The notes under the pieces: generated by a model
Told to the model about the DNA's origin: nothing
The model's input: only the letters and a program-made list of their open reading frames with translations
Database searches by the model: none
In this document: piece after piece, positions 47,518-56,206 of the stretch
Numbering within the stretch: position 1 is the first letter of the stretch
How the letters are laid out: every line of letters begins with the position of its first letter
Assembly: GCA_965223505.1 (NCBI GenBank)
Contig: CBDCWP010000013.1
Location: 203,261 to 267,260, forward strand
DNA length: 64,000 bases
Source: Planctomycetota bacterium
GTDB taxonomy: Bacteria > Planctomycetota > PLA2 > JAEUHO01
Direction: 5' to 3'
Position numbers and translations under genes: made by a program

Positions 47518-48564
47518 ATGAGCACGGAGCCAGTGGTCTTGCCGAGTCTGACGTCTGGGCTGGACGACGCCTGGCTGACCCAAACCGTCGAGGACATTCT
47601 CGAACCGGAGCTGCCGATTTGCGACCCGCATCACCACCTTTGGGATCGCGGCGGGCATCGCTACTTGCTGCCAGAATTTCTAGCCGACGCCAACAGCGGC
47701 CATCGCATTGTGAGCACGGTGTTCCTGGAGTGCGGCTCCTTCTACCGCGCCGCTGGCCCCGAGGCGATGCGATCGGTGGGCGAAGCGGAATTCGTCAAGG
47801 GCGTCGCGGCCATGAGCGCCAGCGGCCACTACGGCCCGACGCGGGTGGCGGCGGCCTTTGCCGGCTTTGCCGAGCTCACTCTCGGAACGCGCGCCGAGGC
47901 GGTGTTGACGGCGTTAATCGCGGCCGGCGGCGGGCGCTTTCGCGGCGTGCGGCATTCCGCAGCGCGCGATGAGGGGTTTGTCATCGGCAGCAGTCATGGC
48001 CGGCCGCCGGCCGGGCTCTATCGCGACGCCGCATTCCGGCAGGGCTTTGCCTGCCTGGGCAAGTTGGGCCTGAGCTTTGACGCCTGGGTCTACTACCCGC
48101 AAATTCCTGACGTCATCGATCTAGCCCGCAGCTTTCCCGAGCAACCGATCGTGCTCAACCATGTTGGCGGCCCCATTGGCGTCGGACCCTACGCCGGCCG
48201 ACGCGAGGCCGAGTTTCCCACCTGGATGCGCGCCATCCGCGAGTTGGCCGCCTGCAGCAACGTGTTCATGAAGCTCGGCGCCCTCAGTTCCAAGCGCGCT
48301 GGCTTTGGCTGGCATGAACGGCCCCAACCGCCGTCGTCCGAAGAACTCGCCAGCGCTTGGCGCCCGTATATTGAGACGTGTATCGAGGCGTTTGGCGTTT
48401 CGCGCTGCATGTTCGAGAGCAATTTTCCGGTGGATAAGGTCTCGTGCAGTTACGCAGTGCTGTGGAACGCCTTTAAGCGCATTGCCGCCGGCAGTTCGGC
48501 GGCGGAAAAGGCGGCGCTGTTCCGGGATACGGCCGAGCGTTTTTACAAGGTCGAACCGTCTTAG
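47518..48564 (+). CDS. Amidohydrolase_2 family protein
   Basis: DPHHHLWD, GVRH, LSFDAW, LNHVGGP, RCMFESNFPVD. Confidence 0.92.
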   Translation: MSTEPVVLPSLTSGLDDAWLTQTVEDILEPELPICDPHHHLWDRGGHRYLLPEFLADANSGHRIVSTVFLECGSFYRAAGPEAMRSVGEAEFVKGVAAMSASGHYGPTRVAAAFAGFAELTLGTRAEAVLTALIAAGGGRFRGVRHSAARDEGFVIGSSHGRPPAGLYRDAAFRQGFACLGKLGLSFDAWVYYPQIPDVIDLARSFPEQPIVLNHVGGPIGVGPYAGRREAEFPTWMRAIRELAACSNVFMKLGALSSKRAGFGWHERPQPPSSEELASAWRPYIETCIEAFGVSRCMFESNFPVDKVSCSYAVLWNAFKRIAAGSSAAEKAALFRDTAERFYKVEPS

Positions 48565-48621
48565 TGTAAAATAAGTGGAGAACAAACAAAAGATTTATGG
48601 CAGCCCTTGGAGTCATTGGTT

Positions 48622-48942
48622 ATGTCTGAAACGGCAGTGGAATACGTCCAGCAAAACGCAGATGGGACTTGGCGGGTGATGGACAGCCGCGTGTCCTTAG
48701 ACTCTGTGGTTTATGCCTATTGGGAGGGCAAAAGCCCAGAGGCAATCGCCGAGGAGTTCCCAACGCTCAGCGCCGAATTTGTGTACGGCGCCATTGCCTT
48801 TTATTTGCGTCGCAAAAGCGACATTGATGCCTATCTGGCGCAGCAGTCGAATCGTTGGGAACAACTGCGTCAAATGAGTGAGTCGCAACACGGGCCTTTG
48901 TTGGATCGCTTGCGAGCTGGACGAAGGACAAATTCCGAGTAG
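48622..48942 (+). CDS. DUF433 antitoxin-like protein
   Basis: SRVSLDSVVYAYWEGKSPEAIAEEFPTLS...YGAIAFYL. Confidence 0.88.
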   Translation: MSETAVEYVQQNADGTWRVMDSRVSLDSVVYAYWEGKSPEAIAEEFPTLSAEFVYGAIAFYLRRKSDIDAYLAQQSNRWEQLRQMSESQHGPLLDRLRAGRRTNSE

Positions 48943-48953
48943 GACAGCTCGCC

Positions 48954-49127
48954 ATGAGCCAGCCCCGATTTCTCGCTGATGAAGACCTACGCGGCAGTAT
49001 TATCCAGGCGGTGCGTCGCCTGGCGCCAGATGCGGAAATCACCACGGTCGTAGCTCAAGGATTAGCTTCGACCTCTGATGAAAAGGTTCTAGCCTACGCA
49101 TGGGAAAACCATTGGCTGCTAATGTCT
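48954..49127 (+). pseudogene. DUF5615 PIN-like toxin, 3'-truncated
   Basis: RFLADED, GL...SDEKVLAYAWENHWLLMS, then runs into antisense putA sequence before the expected conserved Asp. Confidence 0.8.
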
Positions 49128-50065
49128 CGCTGTCGTAGACCTCGGCTTCCAAAATGGCCAGACTAGCGGCCGAGCACTTTTGCCCGTTGTGGCCAAAGGC
49201 CGAGCGCACCAGGTCTTTGATGGCCTGATCCCGGTCCGCCATGCTGGTGATGATCAGGCTGTTTTTGCCGCTGGTTTCGGCAAATAAGCGCATGCCGGGA
49301 CGCCAGTTTTGAAAGAGGTGCGCAGTCTGAATACTGCCGGTGAGCACCACGGCGTCCACCCTGGCGTCGGTGACGAGCGCCCGGCCAACATCGTCATCCG
49401 GGGCCGGGACGAATTGCAAGATGTCCTGGGGCGCGCCTGCAGCCCAAAACGCCTGCGCCAGATGCCAGGCGACTAACACGGCTTCGGGCGCCGGCTTGAG
49501 AATCACGGCGTTGCCAGCCATCAGGGCGGCCAGCACGCCGCCGGCCGGAATAGCGAGGGGAAAGTTCCAGGGCGGCGCCACCACCACCACGCCCAGCGGC
49601 GTCATCTCGCAGTCCGACACCTCCGCGCCGAGAACCTCGATGTCCAGCGCGCGGGCGTAATAAGCGGCAAAGTCGATGGCTCCGGACACTTCCGGGTCAG
49701 CTTCGCCCACGCTTTTGGCGCTGTCGAGCAACATGGCGCCAATGACGTCGCCGCGCCGCCTCGACAACTCCGCGGCCACATCGAGCAAGATAGCGCGGCG
49801 CGCCGTAGCGCTGCAGCAAATGGCGCAGTTGATCAGCAATGCGCCCAGCGCGATGGCTGCGAAACACTTGATCCACGAGCGCAATGGTCAGTTCCTTGCC
49901 CACGGGGTCGCCCATCAGGCGGGCGAACGTGCGCCCCTGCCGCCGTTCGCTGGCGCGCTGTTGCGCTTGTGCTTGCCGCAGCAGTGCGCCAGCCAGCCCA
50001 ATGGCTTCTTGGGCCAACATATCCTGATCTGGTAAACGTTGGGTTTAGGTGGGTTGATGGGCCAT
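49125..50065 (-). pseudogene. putA: Decayed bifunctional proline dehydrogenase / P5C dehydrogenase
   Basis: ATG 50065 (AAGGAG RBS), in-frame TAA at codon 7, PRODH N-terminus (LVDQVFR) joined out of frame to ALDH part (PWNFPLAI, ETSGKN, GQKCSAAS), 3' end missing. Confidence 0.85.
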
Positions 50066-50158
50066 GTCGCGACTCCTTGTAGACCCAGATGCGACGCCGA
50101 CCTTTTAAATCATAGCCGGAATCACGCAGGGGTGTTAGGAGTCGCGTCCGAGATAACG

Positions 50159-52264
50159 TCAGGAATCCTTGCGGCGCAAGACGCGCTGCAGCGTGTCCGC
50201 CATGTCCTGAACATCCCAGGGCTTATCGAGAAAGGCGTCAATGCCTAGGGTTTCTGCTCTTTCCGCATCGACCAGATGGCTAAACCCAGTCACCAAAATA
50301 ATCGGCAGGTCAGGGCGGATGCCGTGAAGAATCCGGGCGAGTTCCTCTCCAGTCATAAAAGGCATTGTCTGATCCGTGATGACCAGATCAAACTGTTGCG
50401 GGTCGGCCCGAAAAGCATCCAGAGCGCTGCTGCTCGACAGGTGTGTCACCACTTCGTAGCCAAGCTCTGTGAGCTGCATCCCGGTGGCTATCGCCACCGG
50501 TTCTTCATCTTCAACGAGCATAATGCGTTCGCCCCCGCCAGGGACAACGCTCGACGGCTTGGCGAGTGCGGGCGCCGGCGGCGCTTCGTTGACGGCGCGT
50601 GGCAGGTAGACGCTAAACGTCGTTCCGGCGCCGGAGCTGTCAACCGTGATGGCGCCCTGATAGCTCGCGACGATGCCGTGCACAATCGCCAGGCCCAATC
50701 CCGATCCCTCGCCAGCCGCCTTTGTCGTGTAGTAGGGTTCAAAGATGTGCGGTAAGACCTCTGGCGAAATGCCCGGCCCGGTATCTTCAACCGTCAGCCG
50801 AAGGTGCGGACCCGGCTCAAGCGAGGGATGTTGACCGGCAAAGGCCGCATTGACCTCAGTGACGTCCAAGCCAATGCGCAGAAGGCCGCCATATCGCCGC
50901 ATGGCGTGCTCGGCATTGGCGCACAAATTCATCAGCACCTGATGGAGGTGGTCCGCCTGCGCCAGCACCATACCGACGCCAGGGTCGAGTCGGTGTTCAA
51001 TAGAGATGGTCGCCGGCAGCGTGGCTCGCATTAGGCTCATGGCCTCTAGCGCCACGTCGTAAATCGACACCAATTGGCGTTCCACCTGATTCTGCCGGGA
51101 GAAGGTGAGGATGTGTTGCACCAACTCTTTGGCCCGCAGCGCCGCGGCGCGAACTTCTTTGAGATGGCTCTGCACCGGGTTGCCGTCGTCGAGGGCGCCC
51201 GCCGTCATATGCGTATAGCCCATGATCGCCGTTAAAATATTGTTGAAATCATGGGCAATACCACCGGCCAGGGCGCCGAGCGCCTCCATTTTTTGGGTTT
51301 GGCGCAGGCGGACTTCAATTTGCCGCTGTTCGCTGATGTCCCGAAAGACGATGACGGCTCCCTGCGGCGGGCCGACGGGGGGCAAAATGGTGGCGGCGCA
51401 CGCCGCGACAATGCGCGTCTCGTCACCGCGGGCGGTTAAGATCATATACATCGACGAGCCGTCCGTCCCCTGGGATTGGAAGACCTGACGCGCCAGGTCG
51501 CCGGCAGGCTGACCGGTGCGCTCGTCGTCCAGACCCCATACCGTATCGAGGGCGCGCCCCAAAGCCGCTGAGACGGGCCAGCCAGTGAAGTCGACCGCGG
51601 CGCGATTGAGGAAGGTGATCCTGCCATACGTGTCCGTCGTAATCAGACCATCGCCCATACTTGACAGCGTCACATCGAGCCAATCGCGCTGGGCGCGCAA
51701 CGCCTCGGCCTGGTGCCGGGCGCTGACGTCACTGAGCACCAGCCGGCACAGCTCGCCCGCCTGCGGCCCCGTGGTCATGACGTGAGCCTGGAATTGCGCC
51801 ACCCAGGGCGTCCCCCCGGATCGTTGGATGCGGAATTCCTCTTCTCGCTGTTCTGAGCGAAAAAGCCGCCGCATAAAGACAAAGAAAGCGTCACGATCCT
51901 CGACCGCGATAACATCGCTGATTCTTAACCCGGCGATGCCATAAGTCTCCCCGACGAGTAAGAGCCGGGCGGAACGATTCGCTTCGCGAATGACGCCCTG
52001 TTGATCGACCGTCAGGCAACCCACTGGGACGGAGTCGTAGAGTTCCGCAAAACGATCGCGTTCGGCTTCAGCTTCCTGTTGGGCGCGGCGCAATTCCTCA
52101 TTTTGGAGTTGCAACTCTTCCTGATGGACACGCAACTCGTGGAGGAGTTCCCGTATCGCTGCTGGTGATAAGTGATCCACAGCCTCATCATCGTAACGAG
52201 TCAGGGTGCGCTCTGCCTGTTCGCGCAAGCCGGCAAAGCGTGGATCGTGAGAGTAATTCGCCAT
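50159..52264 (-). CDS. Hybrid PAS sensor histidine kinase / response regulator
   Basis: ELRVHQEEL coil, two PAS domains, GGIAHDFNNIL, NLCANA, GSGLGL, receiver ITDQTMP. Confidence 0.95.
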   Translation of the reverse strand: MANYSHDPRFAGLREQAERTLTRYDDEAVDHLSPAAIRELLHELRVHQEELQLQNEELRRAQQEAEAERDRFAELYDSVPVGCLTVDQQGVIREANRSARLLLVGETYGIAGLRISDVIAVEDRDAFFVFMRRLFRSEQREEEFRIQRSGGTPWVAQFQAHVMTTGPQAGELCRLVLSDVSARHQAEALRAQRDWLDVTLSSMGDGLITTDTYGRITFLNRAAVDFTGWPVSAALGRALDTVWGLDDERTGQPAGDLARQVFQSQGTDGSSMYMILTARGDETRIVAACAATILPPVGPPQGAVIVFRDISEQRQIEVRLRQTQKMEALGALAGGIAHDFNNILTAIMGYTHMTAGALDDGNPVQSHLKEVRAAALRAKELVQHILTFSRQNQVERQLVSIYDVALEAMSLMRATLPATISIEHRLDPGVGMVLAQADHLHQVLMNLCANAEHAMRRYGGLLRIGLDVTEVNAAFAGQHPSLEPGPHLRLTVEDTGPGISPEVLPHIFEPYYTTKAAGEGSGLGLAIVHGIVASYQGAITVDSSGAGTTFSVYLPRAVNEAPPAPALAKPSSVVPGGGERIMLVEDEEPVAIATGMQLTELGYEVVTHLSSSSALDAFRADPQQFDLVITDQTMPFMTGEELARILHGIRPDLPIILVTGFSHLVDAERAETLGIDAFLDKPWDVQDMADTLQRVLRRKDS

Positions 52265-52372
52265 TGCGTTCGCCTTCCTTGGGCAAAGAATATGTAGGGG
52301 ACAAGTAACATGAGGGAAAAAGTAATGTTAGGGATTCGAGGACAGCAACGACTGTCCATCCGCAACTGCGTC

Positions 52373-55300
52373 CTAAGCGCGGAGGGGCGCTGCTCCGTTC
52401 TCTTGGCGCGGCTTGATCTCCGTGATAATGGCGATTAGCGCCTCAATCGTCCCATCGGGGCGGCGCGCCGGACTGAGAGACAAGCCGGCGCGGCACACCG
52501 CGCCGTCATGGCGCCGATAGCGTTGCTCCAGGGTGAGAGCGCCGAGTTCGCCGCAGCGCAACCTCTCGAGTTGCGCCAACATGGGCTGCAAGTCATCCGT
52601 GTGCGTGATGTCCTGAAGGGTCTTTTGGCGCAATGCCGATCGCGTGTACCCGAACATGACGACCAAGGTGTTGTTGACTTGCAAGAAGCGGCCCTCCGGA
52701 TCGATAACCCCCAGGCCATGCGCGGCATTCTGAAAGATGGCGCACAATCGTTCTTCGCTCTCGCGTAAGGCAGCCTGCGTGTTTTTGAGTTCAGTGATAT
52801 CAGTGGCCAAGCCAAAGTAGCCATCACCGCCGCCATCAGGGTAGTGCTGTGGGACAAGGTGCGTCAGCATCCAGCGCGTCTCGCCCTGAGGTGTAACGCG
52901 ATAGTTTTCAAACCTAACTTTCTGTCCGCTGAGCGCGGCGTCAATGTAGGACTTAGAGCGCTCATAGACCGACTCGCCCACGACGTCGCGCACGACCATG
53001 CCCCGAATCGACTTGGCATCGAGCCCAAACCAACGCGCAAACTCCTCATTGACATAGCGATAGCGTTGATCCGAACCGACGTGCGACATACAAGCGGGCA
53101 GATTGTTGGCAACCAAGTGTAAGATAGACTCCGCCTCGCGCGCGTCTTCGTGAGCCGTCTTGAGCCGGGTCGTATCGATAAACGTCACCACCACCCCTTC
53201 GATCTGGTGTTTCTCGGTGCGGTAGGGCAGCATCCGCTGCATGTACCATGTCCCATCCGAGGTGCGCAGTTCGCGCTCGAGCGGCCTCAAGGTGTCGAGA
53301 ACCATTTCAGCATCGGCGCGCAGTGACACTTGATTCTCGGCCGCGTCAGCAAATCTCGAGGAAAAATCCTCGATGGGCCGACCGACATCGGCGGGAATCA
53401 GATGCAGCAACGATTGCGTCGCTGGGGAGAAGCGTTTGATGCGCAACTCGAGATCGAGAAAGAGGGTGGGAATATTCGTGCTGACCTGCAGATTGGTCAG
53501 ATCGTCATTCACTTCCTCCAGTTCTTTCACTTTCTCTTGTAGCTGCACATTAAGCGTAGTAAGTTCCTCGTTAAGAGATTGGAGTTCCTCCTTAGAAGTT
53601 TCAAGCTCTTCATTAGCAGCCTGAAGCTCCTCATTCATCGACATAATCTCCTCATTGGAAGCTTTTAGCTCTTCATTTGAGGTTTCCATTTCTTCAAGGG
53701 AGTTTTGTAAATCTTCGCGTACGGCCTCAAGTTCTAGTTCCAGTTGGCGCACCGTTACGCTTTCGTCATTGTCCAGCTCATTCGTTGCGGCGACAGATAG
53801 CGGCTGCCCAGGTTCATCCCGAAAGGTAATAAGGAACAAATCTCGCGCTTCCACGGGCTCCGTCACCGGGCGCACAAAAAACGACACGGGATAAAACGTT
53901 CCATCGCGCTTAACGCGCGCGTTCGACACCGTGACTGGCTCCTTTTCGCGCATCGCCTGCGTGAGGGCCACACGCAGCTTTGTGCGCAGACCATGCATGA
54001 CAATTTTGGTTAGGTCATTAGTCGGCTCACCCTCGGGAAAATCGAGGTATTGCCGCACCGTTCCTTGCAGATTTAGCACCTCGTAATTGCGGTTGATCAA
54101 CACCGTAGCCGGCGCAAACTCCCGCACCAGTTGCTGCTGCACCACCGACGTCAGATTGAGCGGATGGGCCGGTATGGCGCGACGCGGCGCCTGGCCCATC
54201 CCACGACTGCCGCCGCGAATCGGGATGTCCGTGAGATGGAGCTGTCCTGATTCCAAGCGCTGGTAGATGCGAAGCTCTTTCGATAATGCCTGAAATAGGT
54301 CTTCACGGTTTCCAACCGACTCCGACTTGCCCAGCACCAACCAACCTCCTGGACGCAAGGCGAAGTGAAAGAGGCTCATGATCTGCTGCTGGACTTCGGG
54401 TTGCAGGTAGATCAAAAGGTTCCGGCAACTGATAAGATCGAGCTTGGAAAAGGGGGGATCGCTGATCAGATTCTGCACTGAAAACACCACCGATTCCCGC
54501 ACCTCTTTGTTGATGCGATAGGCATGTTGTTCTCGCGTGAAAAACGCCTCTAGATAGGCGGGGGGCACATCGGCGGCAATACTCTCGGGATAGAGGCCGG
54601 AGCGCGCCCGCTCCAAGGCGTACTCGTCGATATCGGTGGCGAAAACTTGCACCCGGCAGGGCTTATGCATCGTCTGCAAGTGGCGCAAGAGCAGCATGGC
54701 TAGGGTGTAGGGCTCTTCACCGGAGGCGCACCCCGGCGACCACACTCGGATGACGCCGCGCGCGGGCGTCTCCTGCACCAATTTGGGGATGATCTCCTGT
54801 CGCAGGTACTGCCAGGCGTCGGGCTCGCGAAAGAAACTGGTGACGCTGATCAAAAAGTCCCGAAACAAGGCCGAGACTTCCTCCGGATCCGTGCGCAAGC
54901 ATTGCAAGTAGTCGCTGCTTTGTTCCATATGCCGCACCCCCATGCGCCGGTCGATGCGGCGCAGGAGGGTATTGTGTTTGTAATGGCTAAAACTATGCCC
55001 CGTGCGGGTTTGGATCACCGCCAAAATGCGGCGTAAATGATCCAAGCGATCGGCGCTCACGGATGGTGATTCGCCATTGACGTAGGGATGCTGCGCATAG
55101 CCGAGAAGCACTTTGGGCATCTGTTCCACCGGCAAGACGTAGTCGACCACATCGGTGGCGATGGCGCTGCGCGGCATGCCGTCGTACTGCGCCGTCGACG
55201 GATCCTGCGCGATCACCATGCCCCCCGCGCTCTTGATCGCCCGAAGCCCTAGCGTGCCGTCCGTCCCCGTGCCCGACAGCACAATGCCAACGGCGCGCGC

Positions 55301-55750
55301 ATGCTGGTCCTCCGCCAGCGAGCCAAAAAAGAAATCGATCGGCATGCGCATGCCGCGGCGCTCCACTGGCACGGTCAGGTACAACTCGCCTTGGTCGATG
55401 GACAGATATTTGTTGGGCGGAATCAGATAAACGTGATTGCGCTGGATGGGCATACGGTCTTCGACTTCCACCACCGGCATCGTCGTGTAGCGGCCGAGCA
55501 GTTCCGCCATGAGGCTCTCGTGGTCAGGGGCCAGGTGTTGGATGAGGACAAAGGCGATGCCCGATTGGTTGGGCATCGCGGTGAAGAATTGCCGAAAGGC
55601 CTCCAGCCCCCCCGCCGAAGCGCCAATGCCGACGACCGGGACATCCCAGTCTCTAGGTTCCTGGGCGTCAGGCCCATCGCCTAAAGTCGAGGGGCCATCC
55701 GGCGCTGAGGCGGCCTGCGGATCGGGTGCATCGTGCGGATATTCTGACAT
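52373..55750 (-). CDS. CheB methylesterase - CheR methyltransferase fusion with PAS domains
   Basis: GASAGG, IQHLAP, LSGTGTDG, SVTSFFRE, GCASGEEPY, CRNLLIY, (S/T)NEELQS coiled coil, three PAS domains. Confidence 0.95.
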   Translation of the reverse strand: MSEYPHDAPDPQAASAPDGPSTLGDGPDAQEPRDWDVPVVGIGASAGGLEAFRQFFTAMPNQSGIAFVLIQHLAPDHESLMAELLGRYTTMPVVEVEDRMPIQRNHVYLIPPNKYLSIDQGELYLTVPVERRGMRMPIDFFFGSLAEDQHARAVGIVLSGTGTDGTLGLRAIKSAGGMVIAQDPSTAQYDGMPRSAIATDVVDYVLPVEQMPKVLLGYAQHPYVNGESPSVSADRLDHLRRILAVIQTRTGHSFSHYKHNTLLRRIDRRMGVRHMEQSSDYLQCLRTDPEEVSALFRDFLISVTSFFREPDAWQYLRQEIIPKLVQETPARGVIRVWSPGCASGEEPYTLAMLLLRHLQTMHKPCRVQVFATDIDEYALERARSGLYPESIAADVPPAYLEAFFTREQHAYRINKEVRESVVFSVQNLISDPPFSKLDLISCRNLLIYLQPEVQQQIMSLFHFALRPGGWLVLGKSESVGNREDLFQALSKELRIYQRLESGQLHLTDIPIRGGSRGMGQAPRRAIPAHPLNLTSVVQQQLVREFAPATVLINRNYEVLNLQGTVRQYLDFPEGEPTNDLTKIVMHGLRTKLRVALTQAMREKEPVTVSNARVKRDGTFYPVSFFVRPVTEPVEARDLFLITFRDEPGQPLSVAATNELDNDESVTVRQLELELEAVREDLQNSLEEMETSNEELKASNEEIMSMNEELQAANEELETSKEELQSLNEELTTLNVQLQEKVKELEEVNDDLTNLQVSTNIPTLFLDLELRIKRFSPATQSLLHLIPADVGRPIEDFSSRFADAAENQVSLRADAEMVLDTLRPLERELRTSDGTWYMQRMLPYRTEKHQIEGVVVTFIDTTRLKTAHEDAREAESILHLVANNLPACMSHVGSDQRYRYVNEEFARWFGLDAKSIRGMVVRDVVGESVYERSKSYIDAALSGQKVRFENYRVTPQGETRWMLTHLVPQHYPDGGGDGYFGLATDITELKNTQAALRESEERLCAIFQNAAHGLGVIDPEGRFLQVNNTLVVMFGYTRSALRQKTLQDITHTDDLQPMLAQLERLRCGELGALTLEQRYRRHDGAVCRAGLSLSPARRPDGTIEALIAIITEIKPRQENGAAPLRA

Positions 55751-56032
55751 GTTCTTCGCCTCTCCTCACAACAATTCCACTGTATTAATTTTGCTGGAAA
55801 CAGACGGAATCAGAATGCGCCTGCGCGATTAGATGGCGACATCACGACTGCAGCATGGGATGGTCCGCATCCTACGCCGATGTCGAGAATTTTAAGGGCA
55901 TTCGGCACTGTAGCATGCGGTTCTTCAATCAACTATAATACACTTTTCCGAAAGCTCTGTCACATCTCATTTTCACTCCGGAAAGTTAAGCATCTGAGGC
56001 CGAATGAACCCTATCGATGTTGACTCGGACAC

Positions 56033-56084
56033 ATGGGTGAATACACGATCAACCTGCACGATGCCTAACTCACGTCGTGAGTTA
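56033..56084 (+). pseudogene. Possible Phd/YefM antitoxin remnant ending in a palindrome
   Basis: MGEYTINLHDA* followed by ACTCAC resembles the (V)NxHEAKTH Phd N-terminus; TAACTCACG-T-CGTGAGTTA at 56066-56084. Confidence 0.35.
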
Positions 56085-56206
56085 ACAGCCTACCGCCGCC
56101 ATCCCCCTCTGTTGGACTAGAGGCGATCGAGCGCTGGCGCGGCGCATGGCGTCGCGGCGATCACAACACGGCGACAGAGGACACGAAGGGAGAAGGGGAG
56201 AGGAAC

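Noticed and set aside
49039..49884. Intact 281-aa aldehyde dehydrogenase
   Set aside because: Chimeric reading of putA fragments and antisense toxin sequence; both ends are non-homologous.
53500..53750. Repetitive sequence in the CheB/CheR gene
   Set aside because: Ordinary heptad (S/T)NEELQS coiled-coil coding typical of this family.
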